Positions 15,795 through 22,432 of a stretch of 24,000 nt of DNA are shown here, in pieces (the stretch's first letter is position 1; each line of letters begins with the position of its first letter). Location of the stretch: the NCBI GenBank assembly GCA_002763115.1, contig PFCW01000010.1, positions 17,211 through 41,210 on the forward strand, given 5' to 3'. This DNA comes from Candidatus Pacearchaeota archaeon CG10_big_fil_rev_8_21_14_0_10_31_59. GTDB lineage: Archaea > Nanobdellota > Nanobdellia > Pacearchaeales > CG1-02-31-27. Made by a program: the position numbers and the translations under genes. The notes beneath the pieces were generated by a model. It did no database searches, was not told the DNA's origin, and was given only the letters and a program-made list of their open reading frames with translations.

Positions 15795-16415
15795 ATGAAA
15801 GTAAAATTAAATGCAAAAGCAAGAAAAATTTTGAGAGGAATCCAAACAGAAATTCAAAATTTGTATAATTATCATTCTCACAAAGATATTACATATTATG
15901 TTTCACAAACAGAAAAGGTAAATGGTTTTTCCGGCATTAGGTCTAAAGAAGCAGAAGTAGACCCACTAAATTTTTTGTTTGGAGTAAGCGATGCCCCAAT
16001 TTTAAGGTTATCAAAAAAAATATTAAATGAATTAGAATTAGGGCAAACTTCATATAGGACAAAACTTATCCTAATAGAGGAAATAACTCATTTTGAAGAC
16101 CAGCTTCACCATTATCCAAATAGAATGGGAATCAATTATTCTTTTAGAGAGAGAGTTAGTGAAGAATTATTAGCAGATTTGTCAAGATTAATAATTGGAA
16201 GCGTTCATGGAATAGAAGATATTTTTATGGATGAAGAATCTTTGGAATCAGACAGGAACAAAAAGAGAGTTTATGATTGGGCAGACAAATATTGTGAGGG
16301 AATTAGTGAATATTTTTCAGGAATTTCTGATAAACAACAATTAATTAAATTAAGAGCATTAGCCCACAAACATGGAAAAGAAAGGTTGGTTTATGCAAAA
16401 AAGCTTATTGAATAA
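15795..16415 (+). CDS. Hypothetical His-rich protein (contains LILIEEITHFEDQLHH, a zincin-like helix that lacks the first His)
   Basis: 206-aa ORF coupled to the upstream ORF. It has many His residues (HSHKD, THFEDQLHH, SVHG, AHKHG) but no canonical HExxH. Confidence 0.5.
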   Translation: MKVKLNAKARKILRGIQTEIQNLYNYHSHKDITYYVSQTEKVNGFSGIRSKEAEVDPLNFLFGVSDAPILRLSKKILNELELGQTSYRTKLILIEEITHFEDQLHHYPNRMGINYSFRERVSEELLADLSRLIIGSVHGIEDIFMDEESLESDRNKKRVYDWADKYCEGISEYFSGISDKQQLIKLRALAHKHGKERLVYAKKLIE

Positions 16416-16568
16416 TCATCATCTTTGTCTTTGTTAACTAAAAGCTTTTCCATCTTGACAATTACAGGTCCTGAAGCAATTATTGTTTTCATGTTAATCT
16501 TTAAGATAAATAAATATAAAATATTTTGGATGCATAAACTTTTAAAACGTAAATTATATAATACAATT

Positions 16569-17177
16569 ATGAAACTGGCAAGATTTGAAAGTAGGGGAGA
16601 AAAGGAAAAGAAAGAAAAAAGAAGATCTCTTTTTTGGGGGATATTTATAATTCTAATTATGACTTTAAGCTCTGTCGGTTACGCTATATTCAGTGGAGAA
16701 AAAACAGCTACTAATGAACAAACAGAAGGAAATATAACAAAAACAGATTATGGCTATCGAATTAATACAGATTATGGATTTTTGAATACAAAGTTTACTT
16801 TAGAAAATGTTTCGGATGTTGTGTTTAAAGGCAGTTTAACTTTAGATGAATTTCAGAATAAAGTGATTTATATTATTGCAGATTCAACTGAAGCAAAAAG
16901 AGCAGCTTCGGAATTTGTTTTGAATGTTCAGACCTATGCTTACAGAATGCAGTCTGTATGCACTGATAATCCGGATTATTTATGCGAAGATGAAAATCTG
17001 CCAGTTAAGTCATGTTCTGAGCTTGATGATACAAGTCTTATGTTTTTGTTTAATACCAAAGCAGGAAAGAGCGAAGTTGAAATTCTCGGTAAATGCGTTT
17101 ATATTTATGAATCTGAAGAAAATTTCATGAAAAGCACAGACAAATTGCTGTTTAACATATTTAATTTGAAACAATAA
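16569..17177 (+). CDS. Membrane-anchored hypothetical protein with a Cys-containing ectodomain (paralog of 17209..17913)
   Basis: I moved the start from the TTG at 16425 to the in-frame ATG at 16569 (MKLARFESRGEKEKKEKRR + TM). The upstream 48 codons lie in promoter-like A/T sequence (aaattatataat ends ~10 nt before this ATG). The C-terminal block VKSCSELDDTSLMFLFN...GKCVYIY...STDKLLFNIFN aligns with the next ORF. Confidence 0.55.
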   Translation: MKLARFESRGEKEKKEKRRSLFWGIFIILIMTLSSVGYAIFSGEKTATNEQTEGNITKTDYGYRINTDYGFLNTKFTLENVSDVVFKGSLTLDEFQNKVIYIIADSTEAKRAASEFVLNVQTYAYRMQSVCTDNPDYLCEDENLPVKSCSELDDTSLMFLFNTKAGKSEVEILGKCVYIYESEENFMKSTDKLLFNIFNLKQ

Positions 17178-17208
17178 AGATTATAAATACTAAAATTTAG
17201 ATTTAAAC

Positions 17209-17913
17209 ATGGAAGCTGAAGAAAAAAAGGTTGAAGAAAAAAAGGAAGAGATAAAACAAGAGATTAAACATGAACATCCTAAAAAAGAGAAAGGGGAAAA
17301 AACATTCAAGGCAATATTAATAGTATTAATAATTATCGCAGTGGGATTTTTAATATTCGTCTTTGTAAAAGATTATGTCAATCTGAAACCCTCGGAATTT
17401 GACTATCACGGTTTGCAATACACCAAGATAAGAGAAGGTGGAATTGACATGTATAAAACATCTGCCTTGTTATTTAAGAACGGAGAGCAATTCATATATA
17501 ATTTAGTAATAAGACATGATCCGAAGGAATTGGACAAAATTCCAGTAGACATAAACGGTTCTATTTATAAAAAATTATACATAAGCTACGATCCCGTTAC
17601 AGTGAGATGTAAAGATGCACCATTGAGCAGCTGGCGTCTCGGAGATTTCTTCGGAGCTTTAGGTGTTAATGCGTCAGGAGCTTTGCATAATCTACCGGAA
17701 GATGCAACAGAAGCAGAAAAAGAATCTGTAAAAACATGTGCAGATTCGCTAGATGCAACAGTAGTTTTGATAAGAGAGGGGAATGAATCTAAAATTTACA
17801 GGGATGCAATGTATAAAGATTGCATAATTGTTGATGTAAAAGATTGCGAAGTTTTACAATCAAGTGAAAGACTTGTTTTGGCTATGATTGACAATTTCTT
17901 CATAACAATTTAG
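17209..17913 (+). CDS. Membrane-anchored hypothetical protein, tandem paralog of 16569..17177
   Basis: 234 aa with a K/E-rich N-terminus, a single TM (AILIVLIIIAVGFLIFVFV) and an ectodomain. It contains VKTCADSLDATVVLIRE...KDCIIVDV...SSERLVLAMIDN. Confidence 0.6.
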   Translation: MEAEEKKVEEKKEEIKQEIKHEHPKKEKGEKTFKAILIVLIIIAVGFLIFVFVKDYVNLKPSEFDYHGLQYTKIREGGIDMYKTSALLFKNGEQFIYNLVIRHDPKELDKIPVDINGSIYKKLYISYDPVTVRCKDAPLSSWRLGDFFGALGVNASGALHNLPEDATEAEKESVKTCADSLDATVVLIREGNESKIYRDAMYKDCIIVDVKDCEVLQSSERLVLAMIDNFFITI

Positions 17914-17951
17914 TGTAAAATTTAAAAACTGTTTTATCTTTAATATCTAAT

Positions 17952-18095
17952 GCCCAGGTGGGACAATGGTACTCCGCTGGTCTTGAGACTACAGTTTCTC
18001 TTTAGAAAAGAGAAACTCTAGGAAGGTAGAAAAACTACTTTAACGAGAAAACCAGTTTCCGAAAGGATATCCCGGTTCGATTCCGGGCCTGGGCG
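17952..18095 (+). tRNA. tRNA-Ser (anticodon UGA), type II with a long variable arm and a 62-nt intron at 37/38
   Basis: Acceptor GCCCAGG/CCTGGGC, 3-bp D stem, anticodon stem CTGGT/ACCAG with loop CTTGAG|intron|A, 15-nt variable arm TTTCCGAAAGGATAT, T arm CCCGG-TTCGATT-CCGGG, discriminator G. Exons are 17952..17987 and 18050..18095. Confidence 0.85.
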
Positions 18096-18153
18096 TCAAC
18101 GAAAACCATTTTACAATCTAAGAAATCAGAATAGAGGAAATGCTTTTCGTTGG
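18096..18153 (+). ncRNA. Conserved hairpin element immediately 3' of tRNA-Ser (copy 2 of the tRNA-trailer element)
   Basis: TCAACGAAAACCATTTT...GGAAATGCTTTTCGTTGG. A 9-bp perfect lower stem (CAACGAAAA/TTTTCGTTG), a C.C mismatch, a 5-6-bp upper stem (CATTT/AAATG) and a ~25-nt loop. It is homologous to 1212..1273. Confidence 0.45.
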
Positions 18154-18244
18154 GAAATTTAGATTAAATCAAGAGATAGAAAGTTTTTTAAATAAGTATT
18201 TCTTATCTTTAGTAATAGATCAAAAAAGGTGTTATGAATAAAAT

Positions 18245-18931
18245 ATGGTAAAAAATAACCTAAATATCTTATTTATATTTGCTTTTGCTATTTTTTTGAT
18301 AATTATGGTTTGGGGTGTTATAGTTTCAGGTGATTGTTATAAACAAACAACAACTCTTTTAGAAGGAGATGTGTACAAGAATGCTGAAGGGACTATAGTT
18401 AGTATAGTATATATAAATTCCAATAGTGCGAAATTTAGTATAGGGGTTGGGAATACAAATGAAATTACAAACACGATGTCAATTGGACAGACATATCAAA
18501 TTGATGGGGCAACATCATTAATACTCAATAATGTACATTATCTTAGCTCAGAAGGTAATGGAACAAATTCTGTAAACATAACATTTAATTATTGTCCAAC
18601 AAATAAAACGGTAATTCATATTGAACCCAATGAAACAACAGGACCTTTAGAGATTAACTCTACTTTTAATGAATCCGATGAAACTGGTTTGAATGAGTCA
18701 GTTGTTGTTTTTTGCAATGGTTGTGAATTAGGGAATAAATGCTATCCTTTTGGATATAGGAAATCATCTAATTTCTGTTCAGATAGTGGTTCTTTTGTAG
18801 AGCAATTAAAAAAAGATGCAGTTTGTGAAAATAATTTTGAATGCTCTTCAAATTTATGTATAGATGGAAATTGTGTGAGTTCTAGCTTAATACAACAAAT
18901 AATCAACTGGTTTAAGAATTTATTTAGCTGA
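18245..18931 (+). CDS. Secreted/membrane-anchored putative glycoprotein with a C-terminal Cys-rich domain
   Basis: N-terminal TM (ILFIFAFAIFLIIMVWGVIV). It has seven N-x-S/T sequons within ~50 aa (NGT, NIT, NKT, NET, NST, NES, NES). The C-terminal region is CNGCELGNKCYPFGYR...FCSDSG...CENNFECSSNLCIDGNCV. Confidence 0.65.
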   Translation: MVKNNLNILFIFAFAIFLIIMVWGVIVSGDCYKQTTTLLEGDVYKNAEGTIVSIVYINSNSAKFSIGVGNTNEITNTMSIGQTYQIDGATSLILNNVHYLSSEGNGTNSVNITFNYCPTNKTVIHIEPNETTGPLEINSTFNESDETGLNESVVVFCNGCELGNKCYPFGYRKSSNFCSDSGSFVEQLKKDAVCENNFECSSNLCIDGNCVSSSLIQQIINWFKNLFS

Positions 18932-19047
18932 GAATAAAAAGAAGCAGAGAAAAGATAAATTAAAAATCAAATAAATTTTAAATTAAATTTCTAGATGTTT
19001 CAAAATTTTTTGAATATTTTCCCCTAAAAAACTCAGAAATTTTGTAA

Positions 19048-19200
19048 TCATTTATTGTTAACTCTTTTTAATTCGTTTAAATCTTCAAAATGTTCCTCGT
19101 CATAAATTTTTTCTTTTAATTTTCCTTTTTCAATAGCTTTTTCAAGCTCTCTTTTGTCAGGGCTGTTTACAGCTTTGCCCCTAACATTCATGATGGCCAT
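19048..19200 (-). CDS. Candidate 50-aa small ORF (MAIMNVRGKAVNSPDKRELEKAIEKGKLKEKIYDEEHFEDLNELKRVNNK)
   Basis: Hand translation gives ATG..TGA with no internal stops in an otherwise unassigned 350-bp gap. An AAAAAATATATAC TATA-like word lies ~35 nt upstream on the minus strand. No family recognised. Confidence 0.35.
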   Translation of the reverse strand: MAIMNVRGKAVNSPDKRELEKAIEKGKLKEKIYDEEHFEDLNELKRVNNK

Positions 19201-19283
19201 TTTAGACCAGAATCAGACAGTATTTGTTAGTATATATTTTTTTCTATGCTAAAGAATAAAAATAACAAAACATCTTATTTAGT

Positions 19284-19694
19284 ATGAAAAAAGCAATGTG
19301 TTTTGGAAGTTTTGATTTATTTCATGAAGGGCATAAATATTTTTTGAATGAATCAGCAAAATACGGCTCTTTATATGTTGTTGTTGCAAGAGATTCTTCA
19401 ATAGAAAAAATAAAAAAAAGAAAGCTAACTTTTTTCGAAGAAAAGAGAGTTGAAACAATAAAAAATAATATTCCATCTGCCAAAGTTTTATTGGGAGATA
19501 AAACAGATTTTTATAAAATAATCAGAGAAATCAAGCCGGATGTAATTTGTTTGGGTTATGACCAGGTTGCTGACGAGAAATATTTACGAAAGAACTTTCC
19601 AAACATAAAAATTGTGAGAGTAAATGCTTACAAACCTGAGGTTTACAAGTCAAGTTTGATTAAGAAAAATTTAAATAATAAAGTTTCTAACTAA
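19284..19694 (+). CDS. ribL: Cytidylyltransferase-fold nucleotidyltransferase, RibL-like archaeal FAD synthetase
   Basis: GSFDLFHEGH (the HxGH motif), YVVVARDSSIEKIKKRK, and IKPDVICLGYDQ...IVRV follow the RibL layout. ~136 aa. Confidence 0.65.
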   Translation: MKKAMCFGSFDLFHEGHKYFLNESAKYGSLYVVVARDSSIEKIKKRKLTFFEEKRVETIKNNIPSAKVLLGDKTDFYKIIREIKPDVICLGYDQVADEKYLRKNFPNIKIVRVNAYKPEVYKSSLIKKNLNNKVSN

Positions 19695-19698
19695 AATC

Positions 19699-20034
19699 AT
19701 GACAGAAAAAATTCCTTTTAAAGAATGGGAAAAACTTGAATTTGTAGTTGGAAAAATTCTAAATGTAGAGTCACATCCAAATGCAGATAAGTTATATATT
19801 ATGGAAGTTGATTTGGGAGATGAAAAAAGAAAGTTGGTTGCAGGATTGAAAGCACATTACACAGAAAAAAAGCTGAAAGGAAAACATGTTATTGTTTTCA
19901 AAAATCTTGAACCCGCAATCATAAGAGGGATAAAAAGCGAGGGAATGGTTTTGGCTGCAGTTAATAAAGACAGAAGCAAAGTCTGTTTGTTAGAGCCTGA
20001 TGATGATATTGAGTTGGGGAGCAGAGTTAGTTAA
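19699..20034 (+). CDS. Stand-alone tRNA-binding domain protein (Trbp111/CsaA/MetRS-C-terminal-like OB fold)
   Basis: 111 aa. VVGKILNVESHPNADKLYIMEVDLGDEKRKLVAGLKAHY...GKHVIVFKNLEPAIIRGIKSEGMVLAA is the canonical Trbp111 pattern. Confidence 0.85.
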   Translation: MTEKIPFKEWEKLEFVVGKILNVESHPNADKLYIMEVDLGDEKRKLVAGLKAHYTEKKLKGKHVIVFKNLEPAIIRGIKSEGMVLAAVNKDRSKVCLLEPDDDIELGSRVS

Positions 20035-20073
20035 AAAATGAACTCAAAAGAAAAATAAAAAACAACTGCAGTT

Positions 20074-20280
20074 TTGCTTTCAGTTTTCTTAGGCATTTTC
20101 ACTTATGTTTATACATTCAAAGCAGATAAATTGAAGTTTTTTCTCTTTTTGTTGATTGGTCTTGCTTTGGTTTCATCAGAATATTGGTTTGTAAGTTTCT
20201 TAATTTGGTTAGGAGTTTTAATTCATGTATGTATGAGAAAAAGAGAATGGTATAAACAATATTTTGAAAGTTATAAATAA
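20074..20280 (+). CDS. Small two-TM membrane protein (start uncertain; possibly disrupted near its 5' end)
   Basis: The ORF-track start is TTG. An in-frame ATG at 20038 (3 nt after the upstream stop) is separated from it by an in-frame TAA at 20056..20058. See findings. Confidence 0.4.
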   Translation: MLSVFLGIFTYVYTFKADKLKFFLFLLIGLALVSSEYWFVSFLIWLGVLIHVCMRKREWYKQYFESYK

Positions 20281-20284
20281 TCTT

Positions 20285-21412
20285 TCATTCCAGCCCAAAA
20301 TAAACTCTTCTGTTATTTGCGCCTTTATTTTCTGCATCAAGAAAAATTATCTTGCCGATTTCTCCTGTCCAGGCAACATGAGTTCCGCCGTCAGGCTGTT
20401 TGTCAAAAATATCTATTTCAACAATTCTTAACTCTTTTAATCCTGAAGGCAAACCTTTGGCTAATTTGCATAAATTACCATCTGCTTCAGCTTCTTCTCT
20501 CTTGACTGTGTAAGATTTAATAGCCAAGTCAAACTTGACAACATCATTTGCAGCGTTAAAATAATCTTTCAGTTCTTCTCTATTAAATTCTTCCAAATCA
20601 AAATCAATTCTTGACTTGTCAATTCCCAACTGATTTCCAGTTATCAAAGCTCCAGTCATTTTATTTATTATTGCTGAGAGAATATGTGCTGCTGTGTGCA
20701 TTTTCATTAATTTATATCTTCTTTCCCAGTCTATAGTTCCTTTGACTTTGTCGTTAACATTCAAACCTTCTTTGTCAACATAATGAATTACTTCACCTTT
20801 TTCTTTTTTTACATCAATAACATTATATTCAATATTATTGCAAATTATTTTACCGTTATCAGCTGGCTGTCCTCCGGATTCAGGGTAAAAAGCTGTCTGA
20901 TTAAGAATTACTTTGTTATTTTCAACCTTGACAACTTTTGCATCAAATTCTTTCAGATAAGAATCATCCAAATACAATAATTTCTCTTTTTTTATATAGA
21001 ATTTCTTTTTTAGATAGTTATCCAGAACTTTTTTTGTCGGGAAATATAATGGCTCTGGGATTTCGTTTAGCAAAAACCAATTCCATTCTGTTATTGAATC
21101 TTCCTTAATCTCTGGCTCGCCTTCGAAATTTTCACAAAGAAGACCGATAGTTACGAAATGTGCATCTTCAACTATATCGTTATTTATGCAGATAACTGCT
21201 GTATCTTTAATTTTTATCCCGGTTTCTTCAAAAACTTCTCTTTCTGCAGCTTCTTCAAAACTTTCTCCGAAATGCAGTTTTCCTCCAGGCAAAGTCCACT
21301 TGCCAGCTCCGTTTAACAAAGAAGAAGTTTTTTCCTCATCAGAATTTCTTTTCCCAAGTAAAATTTTTCCGTCTTTTAAAATAATTATTCCTACTCCGAC
21401 ACCAATATTCAT
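20285..21412 (-). CDS. Fusion protein: N-terminal Nudix hydrolase domain plus C-terminal AlaX-M-type aminoacyl-tRNA editing (AlaRS second additional domain) protein
   Basis: A perfect Nudix box, GKLHFGESFEEAAEREVFEETGI (Gx5Ex7REUxEExGU), lies in aa ~43-66. From aa ~145 the sequence is LYLDDSYLKEFDAKVV...FYPESGGQPADNG...IDWERRYKLMKMHTAAHIL...DGGTHV..TGEIG, i.e. the AlaX-M beta-barrel plus editing core with the HxxxH motif. There is no internal start at the junction. Confidence 0.8.
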   Translation of the reverse strand: MNIGVGVGIIILKDGKILLGKRNSDEEKTSSLLNGAGKWTLPGGKLHFGESFEEAAEREVFEETGIKIKDTAVICINNDIVEDAHFVTIGLLCENFEGEPEIKEDSITEWNWFLLNEIPEPLYFPTKKVLDNYLKKKFYIKKEKLLYLDDSYLKEFDAKVVKVENNKVILNQTAFYPESGGQPADNGKIICNNIEYNVIDVKKEKGEVIHYVDKEGLNVNDKVKGTIDWERRYKLMKMHTAAHILSAIINKMTGALITGNQLGIDKSRIDFDLEEFNREELKDYFNAANDVVKFDLAIKSYTVKREEAEADGNLCKLAKGLPSGLKELRIVEIDIFDKQPDGGTHVAWTGEIGKIIFLDAENKGANNRRVYFGLE

Positions 21413-21414
21413 TT

Positions 21415-21663
21415 TTAGCTTACAAGATAAACTATGTCATTAACTCTTACAACATCATCAACTTTCATGCCGATGTCATCGCCTTTTTTTGCTTCCTTGA
21501 TCTCTTTATGCTCAACCTGCATTGATTTGATTTTCTGCTCGAAGTCAGTTGTTGCTCCTTTGATATGTATCTTGTCTCCCACTTTGATTTTTCCTTTCAG
21601 TTCAATGACTGCTACACCTATTTTATCGAAAAAATGTGTTATTTTTCCAATTTCTTTTTCCAT
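21415..21663 (-). CDS. EF-Tu domain-2-like beta-barrel miniprotein ('translation elongation factor-like protein')
   Basis: 82 aa. IGKITHFFDKIGVAVIELKGKIKVGDKIHIKGATTDFEQKIKSMQVEHKEIKEAKKGDDIGMKVDDVVRVNDIVY matches the small GTP_EFTU_D2-only family as I remember it. Its stop lies 2 nt before the start of the Nudix-AlaX ORF. Confidence 0.65.
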   Translation of the reverse strand: MEKEIGKITHFFDKIGVAVIELKGKIKVGDKIHIKGATTDFEQKIKSMQVEHKEIKEAKKGDDIGMKVDDVVRVNDIVYLVS

Positions 21664-21701
21664 TAAAAAAAGAGAAAGAACTAACTTTTATAACTTTCGG
21701 T

Positions 21702-22250
21702 TTATCTTTTGACGATATAGACTGAATAACCTTTGATTCTTCCCAAATCTTCTCTTAACCGACTTAGCCTAACTAAATAATCTAGAGGTATAACTTTGAT
21801 AAAATCATCATGCATTTTTTCCTTATATTCTGGCATTCTTACTTTTTCTGGATTGACAGGTCTAAAAGAAAAATAAGCAGCCTCAGCTTCTCTTGGTTTT
21901 AATAATTTTAGAGCCCCACCTAAACATACTATTGGGATGATTTCGCCACAAGTTGCAATATGTAAAGTTACAGATTTATCCTCCCATTCTTGCGGAGAGA
22001 TATGAATACTAAAATGACTTTCTGCTAAGAGGTAGTTCATCGTTAATCCAGGATTAAAATAATGAGCCTTAACATTTTTATCGATTATTGTTGCACCAGA
22101 TAAAATTATTATTCCCTCAATACTTGTTCTTAAATTGCCTTCATTTTCTTCAGAAAAAAATTGGACTAAGTCTAATCCACATCCCCTCAAATGACTTGAT
22201 AATATCCTCTCTGTAGGTTCGAATTGTTTTGTCTCTGAATTTTGATTCAT
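21702..22250 (-). CDS. speH: Pyruvoyl-dependent S-adenosylmethionine decarboxylase proenzyme (SpeH/SpeD small type), longer than usual
   Basis: LLAESHFSIHISPQE...VTLHIATCGE corresponds to the (E|S)H-S-IHT-PE self-cleavage site and the (F/Y)TCG motif. A related arginine-decarboxylase paralog cannot be excluded. Confidence 0.6.
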   Translation of the reverse strand: MNQNSETKQFEPTERILSSHLRGCGLDLVQFFSEENEGNLRTSIEGIIILSGATIIDKNVKAHYFNPGLTMNYLLAESHFSIHISPQEWEDKSVTLHIATCGEIIPIVCLGGALKLLKPREAEAAYFSFRPVNPEKVRMPEYKEKMHDDFIKVIPLDYLVRLSRLREDLGRIKGYSVYIVKR

Positions 22251-22337
22251 TTTTTTCCTTTAAACTCATAAAGCCCAATCCTCGGTTTTTATCTTAAGAA
22301 GAGAAAATTTTCATTTAAAAAGGTTTTGTTTTCTTTC

Positions 22338-22352
22338 AAAAAGATTTATATA
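22338..22352 (+). promoter_or_regulatory. BRE/TATA-like promoter (aaaaagaTTTATATA) upstream of tRNA-Leu
   Basis: It carries the consensus word shared with 296 and 15431. It lies ~80 nt upstream of the mature tRNA 5' end, which implies a ~55-nt leader. Confidence 0.45.
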
Positions 22353-22432
22353 ATAAAATTTCTTTAGAAAAAATATGCAGGGGTTCGTTAAAATCTCTAC
22401 GAGATTCACTTACTCCTAATTTAAGCATAAAT

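Noticed and set aside
16425-16568. TTG-initiated 48-codon N-terminal extension of the 16569..17177 gene
   Set aside because: The extension runs through A/T-rich promoter-like sequence that contains TATA-like words, and its translation is hydrophobic nonsense preceding a typical basic-N-terminus-plus-TM start at the ATG at 16569.
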